Assembly (NCBI GenBank): GCA_951406725.2
Contig: OX597816.1
Location: forward strand, 111,414,001 to 111,478,000
DNA: 64,000 bases
Source: Octopus vulgaris
Lineage: Eukaryota
Direction: 5' to 3'
The translations under genes were made by a program, and so were the position numbers. Shown piece by piece: positions 51,027 through 63,361 of the stretch. How positions within the stretch are numbered: position 1 is the first letter of the stretch; each line of letters starts with the position of its first letter. Below the pieces are notes generated by a model. It saw nothing but the letters and a program-made list of their open reading frames with translations, searched no databases and was not told the DNA's origin.

Positions 51027-52304
51027 TCAGGTCGTCCCATAAGTTCTGTCCGATTTATTACCTCTTTTAAAATTGAATAAAATTTAATAGTATTTTAGAA
51101 TGTCTAATAGAATTTAAAATTATTTTTATGCATTTGTGTACATCTAAACTAATTAAATATTATTTTTACAGAATAATAGAATTAAAATTTCTTTGATTAA
51201 AACCTTTTCTAACATGGAAGTATCCAAAGAGCATTTGAGGCACATAATGCATTATGAATACAAAAAAGAAAACTCTGCAGCTGAAGCGACTCGAAACATA
51301 CACTCAGTTTATGGGAAAGAATGCTTGAATGAAAGAACTTGCATCAAAATTCAGAAGTGGAGATTTCAGCCTTGAAGATGAAGATCGAACAGGACATCCA
51401 CTTGAATTTGATGATAAGTTCCTTGAGACATTACTTGAAGAAAATCTTGCATTATCAGTTGAAGAATTGGCAATAAAGCTTAGTTCAAACCATACAAGTG
51501 TTCATTGTCATCTTCAACAACTAGGAAAGGCTCCTAAACTTAGAAAATGGGTGCCTTGCAAATTGTCTGAAACCAACCGCAAATCCCGAGTTGACCTCTG
51601 CTCTTCTCTCCGTTCTCGCGAACTCATTTCACCCTTTTTAGATAGACTTGTGACTGGTGACAAAAAATGGATCTTCTATCAAAATGTTAAATGTCATAAA
51701 CAGTGGCTTGGTAAAAGGGAGAAAGCTCAGCCACAACCAAGAAGGGAACTTCATGGGAAAAAGGTTCCTCTCTCTAACTGGTGGGATTGCAAAGGAGCAA
51801 TTCACTTTGAATTGTTACCACCTAATGCAACAATCAATGCTCAAGTCTACTGTCAGCAATTAGAGCATTTGAACCAAGTTTTGAAGAAAAAAGACCCAAT
51901 TTAGTGAATTGAAAAGGAGTGATGTTTTATCAGGACAATGCATGACCCCACACTGTATAGATCACATCACAGAAGATCGAAGAGCTTGGTTCGAAAAAAT
52001 TCCTCATCCACCTTATTCTTCCAACCTTGCTCCTTCAGACTACCGTTTGTTTCATAGTTTACAGAATTATTTGGGGAACATAACTTTCGCAAGCCATGAG
52101 GAGGTTGAAACTGACATTTCAGAGTTCTTCACTTTGAAACCAAAAGAGTTTTACATTGATGGGATTAAAAAGCTTGTAAATAGATGGAAGGAAGTCATGG
52201 ATAATCAGAAAAAGTACAATGATGATTAAATTTCAAATAAATATAACATTTGATCACTTGTTTTCTTTATTCAAAATTCGGACAGAATTGATGGGATGAC
52301 CTAA
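51027..52304 (+). mobile_element. Full-length mariner (DD34D type) transposon, inactive
   Basis: TIRs tcaggtcgtcccataagttctgtccga / tcggacagaattgatgggatgacctaa; TA on both flanks; ~1.28 kb. Confidence 0.95.
51214..52229 (+). pseudogene. Mariner transposase pseudogene
   Basis: Three ORF pieces with WVPCKL, LVTGDKKWI and HPPYSSNLAPSDY; frameshifts and stops. Confidence 0.92.
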
Positions 52305-52534
52305 TACTTAGTAAGGAGAAAAGTCAAAAGTAAGAGATTTGCAAATGCTCTGCAATATGAAGATCAGATCAAATGTCTGAAATGTTCCAGAGTGCAAGGT
52401 AGTGGGTCTAAAGAGAATCAAGACATCATTACTACACAACAAACAGCAGTTATTTATAAATTGAGCAGCTGTGCTGTAAAACACAAAGAAATGGACAAAA
52501 ACATAATAAAGTCAATATATGAATGGAAAATTTA

Positions 52535-52670
52535 GGCAGTGAGCTGACAGAATCATTGGCATGCTGGGCTCAATGCTTAGTAGAATTTCATTTGTTTTTA
52601 TGTTCTGAATTCAAACTCCACCAATGTCAACTTTAACTTTCATCCTTTTAGAGTCAATAAAATACGTTAA
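52535..52670 (+). mobile_element. SINE family A, degenerate 5' part
   Basis: ggcagtgagctgacagaa..ttcaaactccacc..tttcatccttt. Confidence 0.7.
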
Positions 52671-53104
52671 CAAGAAATAATAACTGTCTCAGAAAGTGAA
52701 AATACCTTTTTAACATGATATTAAAACTTGAGTGAGTACAGTGACTCACAGCTACTCAGTGCTATGATACTGTCTATGCAAATATCTCAAACAGTGAGAA
52801 TGATCCTCACATATACTGCAAGTCACATTGAAAGACCTCAAGATGTTCCACTGGATGTGTACTTCAACAGCTATTTTTGAACTAGAGAGGTTCTTGTTTT
52901 GCCACACAATATATAGATATATTGTAGCTGTTGACATCACAAGTAGTTTATAAATATGGGTGTTTGGGGGCACTATAAACATACACGCACACACACACAC
53001 AAACCCTACCTTCAAAACACGGAGTAGATAAAACAGGGGACAACTGATGAAGGGGATGTTCTTTATGTTGCCTGTCTCGTTTCTCTGTTTGTTTCTTTCA
53101 TTGA

Positions 53105-53462
53105 CAATGCCCCTCTCACCAGGCTCTCCTCACTTGTGAGTTTCTCATCAAAAACAACAAGTATCACTTTTGCACACACCCTATTCACCTGTGGACTCCC
53201 ATCTCTTCTCCAAGATGAAAATGCAGCTCAAAGGTTGTTGTTTTAATGCCATTGTCAAGATCAAGGGCAAACTAGAGAAGGTCCTCGATTCACTTATGGA
53301 AAATGACTTCTAGACCGGATTCCAAATGTGGCAGAAATGCTAGGACCAGTATATTGCTGCACAAGGTAACTATTACAAAGGAGATGATGTTAAAAGTGAG
53401 GCTTATAAACTATTTTTTTATTAAATACAAGTAAGCCAGGAACTCTTTGATAACACCTTATT
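53105..53462 (+). mobile_element. Mariner 3' remnant
   Basis: DNAPSH, HTPYSPVD and W..C..AAQGNY-like remnants; TIR-like ccaggaactctttgataacacc. Confidence 0.6.
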
Positions 53463-53465
53463 TTT

Positions 53466-53494
<29 letters not shown>

Positions 53495-53506
<12 letters not shown>

Positions 53507-53873
53507 CTGAAGTTGTCTGTGTATGGCAGGTTTGGTAACCTTTAATTAACACTATCTTCTCTGAGATCCTACAGTACAAGTTGACCAAAATTGATAGTAT
53601 GATAGAAGACGGCTTGCTCTTCCTTCTGTAAAATTCAAATCTGACCATGTTAACACCACAAATTATTTACATCAAAAAGGACTTTTTTTCTATGAAAATC
53701 CCTATTTTTTACGATTTCTTGACTGCTGTGTCACCATTTTTTGGTGTATTTCAACCAGAAAAATGTTCACTTAAAGACAATAACAAGCTACATAAGGCAA
53801 AAGTTTTACTTTTCAAAAATTCCAATTCTAAAGGGTTGAAACAAACCCGAGAAATGCCAGGCGATGCTGCTAG
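53495..53873 (+). mobile_element. Non-autonomous Helitron
   Basis: 3' end acaaacccgagaaatgccaggcgatgctgCTAG|t, homologous to the 3' end of 874-1265; sits in a TA run. Confidence 0.78.
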
Positions 53874-53988
53874 TATATATATATATATAAATTAAAGAAA
53901 AACCACTATTATGCAATTCAATAGGGTGGTGCAGAAGTGGTGCATGTTGTTTCTGAATTTTTCCCTGTAAGTTTGGAGTTATACTCCC

Positions 53989-54031
<43 letters not shown>

Positions 54032-54897
54032 TTTGATACTTTGATAGGTTTCGGCCATTATTGGCCCAGGCCATGTCTAACTTAATAGCACCACCTGATA
54101 TATATATCAATCTGTGAAGTAGCATACCAATTTGTTTCTGTGTAAGAATATTAGTTGATAAAAAAATCCCACAAATAAAATGAGTAAAATTGTGAGAGAA
54201 GGAGACAAGCAAATATCAATACATGTCATGCAAGCAAAATATGTGAGTGAAAAAGCATAGAAATATAAAACAAAAAAAGAACAATGGAAGAAGTGTACAA
54301 TGAAATTATATACACCAATAGAAGGAACAGAGGAGAATCTAACATTTTGGCTTGTCATGTAAGCAGACATAAATTTAGTATCATATATTTTTTTTACTTT
54401 CTCTTGACTCTTCATTCCTTTTCTTTCTCATTGTTAACCATTTGACTCTCATCTGAAACATATGATGCTCCTCTGTTCTCCCAACAGAGCATTCAGTTTT
54501 GTTATAATTTTCATCCATAATTTCTTTTTCTTTTTTTTTCACTTTATATTTACACTGGATGGAAGTCGACTGAATAATGAATATGATGATTACTAATGAG
54601 CAGTAAAACAGAGATGACTATTTTAGCCCAGCTGATGATTTGCAGTTTTTCCAAAAACTGTCACATTAATGTTCTCACTTAAATGCAATGCAGAATCTTG
54701 ACATTTGGTGTTGTGCATGAATCTATGAACCAGTGTGTTTGCAGACCACCAGTTGAAAGGCAAAATTTATTACAAGACTACTAGATATATATTCTTTCAG
54801 ATAGCAAAGATTTATTCTTAACTTGTTTTGGTCCATGTAATCTCGAGGGTATAATAGAACCAGCCTTAGGTAGACAAACTTGGATGCAAATGGAGTA

Positions 54898-55076
54898 TTA
54901 GAAAAAATTATTGATATCTGTGGAGTTTCCTTTCAGTGCATCCTGTTTTAATGTCTTCCTGTGTTTATCTTCAAAATATATAGGTTCCTTCAGTCTATGT
55001 TTCTTCTGTGATGGCCTATCAGTGACAGTGAAACATTTATTGTCAAAACATGCATTTTGTCTGTTATGTTGTGGGG
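54898..55076 (-). other. Candidate terminal coding exon (unverified)
   Basis: Acceptor-like tgttttgcag, then an open frame PQHNRQNACFDNKCF...DINNFF* in non-repetitive sequence; no homology recognised. Confidence 0.2.
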
Positions 55077-55204
55077 CTGCAAAACACGGACATGATAATT
55101 GAAACATAAATGTGGGAATGTTCTCAATAAAATTGTCTTTGACAAATTTAGCATATATTTAAGGGATACTGAGAGAAGTTGATATTTTGTATATATCTTC
55201 CTTT

Positions 55205-55590
55205 TAACTTTTATCTATTACTTATTTCAGTCATTAGACCAGGGCAATGCCTTAAGGAATTTTGGTTAAATGAATTGACCGCAATATTATTTTTAAAGCC
55301 AAGTACTCATTCTCTCAGAGTATTTTGCTGAATTGATAAGTTACAGGGATGTAAACTCAAGCAGTGATTGGGTGCAAACACAGACACAAAGGCACACACA
55401 CATAGATACATATCTATATATATGACAGGCATCTTATAGTTTCCATCTAAAAAATCTACTCACAAGGCTTTGGTCAGCCCGAGGCTATAGTAGAAGACAC
55501 CTGTCCAAGATGCTACACAGTGGGATTGAACTCAGAACCATGCAGTTGGGAATCAAGTTTCTTACCACACAGCCACGCCTGTGCCTATAG
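55205..55590 (-). mobile_element. SINE family B
   Basis: cacaaggctttggtcagcccgaggctatagtagaagacac..accacacagccacgcctg. Confidence 0.85.
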
Positions 55591-56029
55591 CCACATCTGT
55601 GTCTATAGCCATACCTGTGTATAGCAAATATTGTATACATAGAAGCTCTCTTGTTATATTGAAGACTGATGGAATCCATAGCCTTTACTTCATAAAAAAC
55701 TATGACTTCTTTACTAACACAAGACCCAAGTTAAAATAGAAGGATTGCTTAAAATTTAATCTGGAAAATAATGGCAACATATTCACCAATTTCTGTAGGA
55801 TTTAAACTCTAAACAGGACAAAAATGGGGAGAGGTTTTGCATCTGTTTCTGCAATCTGCTTTTGCAAGCATTTCACTTGTCATTATATATATATACATTT
55901 ATGCTGTTTAAATCTGTATATGTGTACATTTGTGTATATGTGTGAAAACATAATTATGCAAATATATGTATAGGTGAGTGAACGCACACACACACACATA
56001 TGTATATACATATATACATATATATATAC

Positions 56030-56118
<89 letters not shown>

Positions 56119-56211
56119 ATATATATATGTGTGTGTGTTTTGTGATTTTTTGCTATCCTGGTAACTATCTATTTTTTCTGTGTTAATTGTTAACAAGGGA
56201 AAAATACACAC

Positions 56212-56263
<52 letters not shown>

Positions 56264-56266
56264 TGT

Positions 56267-56675
56267 GTGTGTTGTGAATTTATGGAAAGAAATCCCATAA
56301 AACTCAACAATTTTGATAAAAATGGAGAAGAGATGTTAAAATATATAAGAGAATTTTAATCCATGCAGACGATCATTTCGTACAGAGATATAAAAATCAA
56401 GCAAATTCATGCTTTTTCCTTTACCAAGTCCTTTGAAAAAATTTTGTTTATGCTTCTTGCACTCAAGAGTACAGTGATTTATAATTAATTTAATTTCATC
56501 TAATCAATTTAATTAATTCTATTCAACCATGAATTTGCATGAAAATTATATCATTGTACAAAATGATCATTTGCATGAATTAAAATTCTCTTATATATTC
56601 TAACATCTTCTCTTCTCCATTTTTATCAAAATTGTTGAGTTTTATGGGATTTCTTTCCATAATTTCACAACACAC
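56267..56675. mobile_element. Fold-back insertion with hammerhead-like motif (family H3)
   Basis: Inverted arms 56267-56411 and 56528-56675; combined motif tgca-CT(c)AAGA-gtacagtgat..atcattgtac-GAAA-tgatcg-TC-tgca. Confidence 0.75.
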
Positions 56676-56834
56676 TATATACAAGTATTATTTTCATATT
56701 CACAATTTTACACCAGTAAGCCACCAGCAAAATATGAAGAATCTATATTAGAAATCTGTTTTGGAAACCTCCAAATTAGATGACGAATCCAATTCAACCT
56801 TTTTACACACACACACGCACACATATATATATTG

Positions 56835-57030
56835 TTTTATTCTTTTACTTGTTTCAATCATTTGACTGTGGCCATGCTGTAGCACCACCTTGAAGGGTTT
56901 TAGTTGAATAAAATGACCTCAGGACTTCTTAAGCCAAGTACTTTTTTTTGTCAAGCACTAAGCTACAGGGATGTAAGCACACCAACACTGTTTGTCAAGT
57001 GGTGACAAGGGAACAAACACAGACACAAAG

Positions 57031-57040
<10 letters not shown>
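56835..57040 (-). mobile_element. SINE family B 3' half
   Basis: cttgtttcaatcatttgactgtggccatgctg tail. Confidence 0.8.
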
Positions 57041-57101
<61 letters not shown>

Positions 57102-57110
57102 CATACACAT

Positions 57111-59770
57111 ATCATCATCATCATCATCATTTAACGTCCGTTCTCCATGCTAGCATGGGTTGGACGGTTCGACCGGGGATCTGGGAAGCCAGAAGGCTGC
57201 ACCAGGCTCCAGTCTTATCTGGCAGTGTTTCTACAGCTGGATGCCCTTCCTAACGCCAACCACTCCGTGAGTGTAGTGGGTGCTTTTCACGTGCCACCTG
57301 CACAGGTGCTAGGCGAGGCTGGCAATGGCCACGGTCGGATTGGTGCATTTTACGTGCCACCGGCACAGAAGCCAGTCGAGGCGGCACTGGCATCGGCCAC
57401 GATTCGGATGGTGCTTTTTACGTGCCACCGGCACGGAAGCCAGTCGAGGCGGCGCTGGCATCGGCCATGATTCGGATAGTGCTTTTTACGTACCACCAGT
57501 CCAGGGGTCCTGGCATCTGCCGGGTGCCAGTCATAGGATTTGTTCAATTTCGATTCCGATTTCTATTTCACTTGCCCCAACAGGTCTTCGCAAGCAAAGG
57601 GGGGTTGGCATGGGTGCCTGTCGTCGGATGAGGTTCGATATCGATTTCGCTTGCCTCAACAGGTCTTTGTGTGTCCAAGGGAGGAAATGCATGCATACGT
57701 GGGCTGGACTCACTTGTCCTGCCTGGTCTTCTCACGCACAGCATATTTCCAAAGGACTTGGTCGCTGGTCATTTCCTCAGTGAGGCCTAAAGTTCGAAGG
57801 TCATGCTTCACCACCTCGTCCCAGGTTTTCCTGGGTCTACCTCTTCCACGGGTTCCCTCAACTGCTAGGGATTGGCACTTTTTCACACACCTATCTTCAT
57901 CCATTCTCGCCACATGACCATACCAGCGCAATCGTCTCTCTTGCACACCACAACTGATGCTTCTTAGGTCCAACATTTCTCACTGTTGAGTATACGCACT
58001 GACATTACACATCCATCGGAGCATACTGGCTTCATTCCTCATGAGCTTATGCATGTCCTCAGCAGTCACGGCCCATGTTTCACTGCCATGTAGCATGGCT
58101 GTTCGTACACATGCGTCATACAGTCTGCCTTTTACTCTGAGCGAGAGGCCTTTAGTCACCAGCAGAGGTAAGAGCTCCCTAAACTTTGCCCAGGCTATTC
58201 TTACTCTAGCAGTTACACTTTCAGCGCACCCACCCCCGCTACTGACTTGGTCACCTAGATAACGGAAGCTATCAACTACTTCTAGTTTTTCCCCCTGGAA
58301 AATGACGGAAGTTGTTTTCTGCAGATTTTCGGAGGTTAATGCTCCTGAGCATCTGCCACATACAAAAACTATCTTCCCAGTTAGCTGCACCTCTTATGTG
58401 TCCATAGCTTACACTGGGTACATCTTATAGAGTTTCTACCTACACCTTTTCTACAGATCAAGCAGGGCCATCTTCCTGAAGACATTTGTGGTTTGTCTAC
58501 CTTCCTACTTATAAGTACTTTGGTTTTAGCTAGGTTGACTCTAAGGCCCCTCGATTCTAATCCCTCCTTCCACACCTGGAACTTCTCCTCCAGTTCTGAT
58601 AGTGACTCAGCAATTAGAGCAAGGTCGTCAGCATAGAGGAGCCATCAGGGGCAACCTGTCTTGAATTCCTCTGTAATTGCCTGGAAGACTATGATAAATA
58701 GGAGGGGGCTGAGGACTGAACCCTGGTGGACTCCAACCTCTACCTTGAATTCTTCTGTGTACATGTTGCCAACCCTAACCTTACTTACGGCATCCCTGTA
58801 CATGGCTTGCACAGCTCTCACCAGCCATTCATCTATCCCTAGTTTCCTCATTGACCACCAGATAAGGGATCGGGAGACCCTGTCGAAAGCTTTCTCCATG
58901 TCAACGAAAGCCAGGTACAGGGGCTTATCTTTGGCTAGGTATTTCTCCTGCAGCTGTCTCACCAGAAATATGGCATCAGTGGTGCTTTTCCCTGGCATGA
59001 AACCAAACTGCATTTCATCCAACTTGACTCTCTCCCTAATCAGTTGGGCTATGACCCTCTCTGTAACCTTCATTACCTGATCCAACAGCTTGATACCTCT
59101 GTAATTGTTTGTATCTAGAGCGTCTCCTTTACCTTTGTAGCAGTTGACTATTATGCTGCTACACCAGTCATTGGGTATGACTCCTTCGTGTATCACCTGT
59201 TTAACTATACGGGTGACTAGGTTATAGCCGACACTGCCAGATATTTTGAGCATCTCTGCAGTAATTTCTGGTGGGCCTGGGGCTTTCCCTGTCTTCATGC
59301 TTCTAATTGCCTTAACTACCAAAGAATTGTCAACTCGGATGGCTGGTCCCTCTGTTGGGTTGACATTCAGCAGACTCTCTTTATCCCATTCATTTTCTTT
59401 ATTCAGCAACCTTTCATAGTGGCATCTCCAAACCTCTCTCTTTGCATCCTCATTTAGTGCAAGTGAACCATCATCCATGCGGACACATTTCTCTCCTACC
59501 ACATCACGATTCTCTCTCCCACACTGTCTTGCAACACGAAATACCTCAAGTCTTTCATCCTCACAGTGCAGAACATTGGCAAATTTTTTCTTATCTGCTT
59601 CCCCCCTGGCTAAATAAACCTGTCTCCTAGCTTCCCTTCTGGCTGTCTGATACAATTCCCTGCTACCACCGTTCTTCCAGTCCCTCCAAGCCTGTTCCTT
59701 TCGTCTAATAACCCTGTCAACCACATTGTTCCACCACCATGTTACTCTGGGTCGAGATGGGACTTTATAA
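57111..59770 (-). mobile_element. 5'-truncated RTE-clade LINE, relatively young
   Basis: RT ORF 58645..59820 (YKGKGD, NYRGIKLL, QFGF, FVDMEKAFD, GVHQGSVLSP); after an in-frame stop, LLYADD; Cys/His insert; RYLG; RGRGRPRKTW; (GAT)n tail. Confidence 0.95.
57710..59770 (-). pseudogene. RTE reverse transcriptase pseudogene
   Basis: Stop at 58645; frameshifts near 58381 and 57980. Confidence 0.92.
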
Positions 59771-59845
59771 GCAATATGTGAGAGAGTAATGGAAAGAATC
59801 TTAAATGGATGATAGACCAAATATATATATATATATATTCTACAT

Positions 59846-60221
59846 CAGGCATGTCAAACCAGAGTCTCTATGGGCCATATTGTTCATATGCATGTTACCA
59901 TGTGGGCTACATTCCTCATATGCATGTTGCCATGGGGACCACATTGCTGACATACATTTTGCCATGGGGACCGTATTTTTTTAGGCACATGTTTACAACA
60001 AAATTTTCCATCATATCAGTTCTTTATTATTAAGTAAAAATCATTTAAATCTTATTTGCTCATCAATAACCATATTTCTATTAATTAGATTATTAATTAT
60101 TTTCATTATTAAAAAGTTTTGGATTCCCCATTTTTAAACTTCTAGCTACAACACTTGCAGGCCACACTTGTGTTCAAAAGCGACCAAATGCAGCCCAAGG
60201 GCCACATGTTTTACATGTTTT
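59846..60221. mobile_element. hAT-like MITE (tentative)
   Basis: caggcatgtcaaac / gttttacatg termini; internal ~31-bp repeats catgttgccatggggacc; no clear 8-bp TSD. Confidence 0.45.
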
Positions 60222-60237
60222 AGGTTAGGGTAAAGAG

Positions 60238-60572
60238 TAGAGACCCCTTTCGGTCATAAATAATCAAGGGATTGCACCTAGAAACTTACCCTCAGAGGCA
60301 CAAGTCAAGGCAAGGTTGTTTATGGAAGACCAGCAATCACCCATGCATACCAGCCTCCCCTTTTCACACCACCGATGTTATCCAAGGGAAAGGCAAATGT
60401 TGATACAGCTTGGCAATAGTGACATCACAACTCATTTTTACAGCTGAGTGAACTGGAGCAATGTGAAATAAAGTGTCTTGCTCAAGAGCACAACACATAG
60501 CCCGGTCCGGGAATCAAACTCACTACCTCATGATTGTAAGCCCAACACTCTAACCACTGAGCCATGCGCCTC
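60238..60572 (-). mobile_element. SINE family C (tRNA head + CORE-like domain); degenerate relative at 62520-62732
   Basis: Minus strand ggcgcatggctcagtggttagagtg..tttgattcccgg..tcttgagcaagacacttta..cagctgtaaaaatg. Confidence 0.8.
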
Positions 60573-61810
60573 CATAAATATACATACACAACATATCACA
60601 CACAGATACACACACGCACACATATGTACATCACTCTTTTTTTGTGATAGTCTAATAGTTAAAACTCTTCTTCAACATCTCATAGGACTAAATTCACAAA
60701 CTTAATGTAGAAACTGAGACTATTTCTACTCATATTATTCATAACAAGACATCATATCTTTATTCATGAATACATAAGAATAGAATTTACCTAAAATAAT
60801 ATGAATAAATTATAAAGGGTTCAGATTGATTCAAAATATAAATGATACATTTGTAACCAATAATACATATATGTATATATTAGATTCTAAGAAATGTGAT
60901 AATTTATTGAACCATGATGCGTGTAAAGCAAACTAAATATTGGCATGATTTCAATTCAGCATATAGAGTGGTACAAGCAAATTGTATCTGAGCAAATAAA
61001 TGATAAGCTATGTGGTCAATCAACCTACTAGATATAGCAGCCAAATCTCCCTTAAATCACACCATAAATACTTTCACTGTTGTACAATTTTTGCCACTTC
61101 AGTAGTAGTAGTAGAAGTAGTAGCACCAGTCGTCAATGGTGGCAGTGATTGTAGCAGTGGAGGTAACAGTGGCACCATTATTGTTTATCCCTGGTCCATA
61201 ATTAACATTGGTCTGGTAGTGACCATCACAACATTTCATTCAAACAAAGGGTTTCTAGAACTGCATTATTTTATTTTGTTCCATCACAGATTTTAGTTCA
61301 CATTATATGTTAGTAATTAATTCTCTCTCGCTCTAATGGATATTTATCTTAACATATAATTTATCTTAACTGCCTACCAAAATAGAAAACACTCTATTAT
61401 AGAGAATAGAGCTCTTCGAGATTATAAAATGATAATTATGAGCTATGGATTGGCAAAATTCAGTCACCAATACACTTCACTTGTTAAGGTTTTCTCTACA
61501 GATATACTATAGAAATTATAGCCAGCATTGATTTTGTTATGATGTTTCACATCCAAGATGCCTGATATAAACAACAATAATGAGATCGACGATGAAAAAT
61601 GGGTAATGGTTGTATATGTCATATATCATGAGTTTTTGCTCCTTCTTCAACATTCATCCAACCCCTTTATCATCCACGAGGACATTGCTTAAATAACCAC
61701 TAAATATATCAGTCTAACATTATTGAATATACCAATTTTATATATTAAACACATTCCTGGAAGCTATAAACATAAAGATTAACGACTTGGAGGGATAAAG
61801 TATTTTATTT

Positions 61811-62125
61811 TATGGAGATGCACTTGCATAGCAAGTGACCTGATCTGAGATCGTGTGCTGGAACGAAAACAATTGCAGCGTGGAAGGTGTTTATAAGCCA
61901 TTTAAGAAACACTAAAAAACTGTTAGATTCACTTCAACATTTAAATTTAATTTATCAAAATATTTTCGTTGCTTTGAGACCACGACCTATGGAATTTTGT
62001 CAGTGAACAGGTAGCAATCTCAAAGCAACGAAAATATTTTGACAAATTAAATTTAAATGTTGAAGTGAATCTAACGGTTTTTGTGTATTTCTTAAATGGC
62101 TTATAAACACTTTCCATGCTGCAAT
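61811..62125. mobile_element. Fold-back insertion (family H4); 12-bp TSD agtattttattt
   Basis: Inverted arms 61872-61990 and ~62007-62125; TSD at 61799-61810 and 62126-62137. Confidence 0.85.
61996..62046 (+). ncRNA. Variant minimal type I hammerhead motif with G3-C8 core
   Basis: uuuguca-GUGAACA-gguagc(aaucucaaa)gcaac-GAAA-auau-UU-ugacaaa: perfect 7-bp stem I, palindromic stem III. Activity untested. Confidence 0.6.
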
Positions 62126-63005
62126 AGTATTTTATTTGACTTATAAAAACGTTTAATATACTTTATAGTACATTGTGGTTCCATAACGAAATACCACATC
62201 CCTACAAATCATTAATATCAACACACTTCAGCTTCTAGTCTACATATGCATAATAACCTTATTTTACTTATTCTAGGTCTGATTAAAAACTACTTGACTT
62301 GCACACACACACCCCACACCCCACTGCTACTTCAAAACTGTCTAGTTATGCACATATTTCACTAAAACCTACATAATACATCAGAATATATAAGTAATTA
62401 CTCTTTTCTTATCTTGTAAATTGTATATCAACACCATAATTCAATGCCCAGCACTAACCACTATACCATTCTTATCTTTACAGACCATTTGGTTAGTCCA
62501 CATTACTCTATAAGTAGCATAGGGCAGATTTCTCAGTTTCTCGGTAGATATATTCATGCCAGGATGGAATGCCAGTCTGCCACAGGATTACTCATTTTTA
62601 TCAGCTGAGTTTACTAGAAGAAAATGAAATGAAGTGTATCGCTCAAAAACACAATGCATTGCCCAGTCCAGGTATTGAAACTACAATCTTATTGTCATGA
62701 GTCCAACACCCTAACCATAAGCCATGCACCTCTACTTACAGATCATTATTCCCTGGGAGTTCTCATCCTGCCAACTTCTTAGTTGCAGCTACTGATTCAC
62801 AGATGTTTAAATTAACCACCAACATTATCACTCTCATCATTCTTGGAAAGCTTATAAAGTTATAGTCAGAGGATTTTTTCCTTTAAGTAAACCTGAACTA
62901 AAATTGGCTGCATGCTTAAGAATTTGACTTTGCAACTACTTAATTTCAAATTCAATTTACTGTACTATACCCTGGGCAGCTGTCATCTCAACCTGAGACT
63001 GATCA

Positions 63006-63325
63006 TTAGGGTGGAGTGAAAACAAAAAATTGTAAAATTGAAGATGCCTGAGGGCTAAAATGTAGCTATATTTGATTACTAGAAAGACACCAAATTTTCG
63101 TTGAGATCAAGCAATGGCATTTACTCCCTCAAGCTCCCTAAACTCCGAAAATGGGTGGGGTTTGTAAATTTTTTACAATAGTGGAGTTTGGAGGGGTCTG
63201 AGGAAGTAAATGATCTTGACTGATCTAAGCAAAAATTTAGCATTTTTCTAGTAATAATATATAGCAAGAGTTTAGGCCTCAGGCATTTTCAATTTTCACA
63301 ATTATATATTTTCATTCCACCCTAA
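63006..63325. mobile_element. MITE with long TIRs (TA-flanked GGGTGG..CCACCC)
   Basis: tagggtggagtgaaaa..atgcctgagg..ttactagaaa is mirrored at the right end. Confidence 0.85.
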
Positions 63326-63361
63326 TACATGTGTGTGTGGGGGTATATAGATTGTGCAATG

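Noticed and set aside
52310-52510. ~65-codon open frame after the mariner
   Set aside because: No early start codon or convincing acceptor, and no recognisable homology.
57147-59630. Plus-strand ORFs over the RTE element
   Set aside because: Antisense shadows of the RT frame and UTR repeats.
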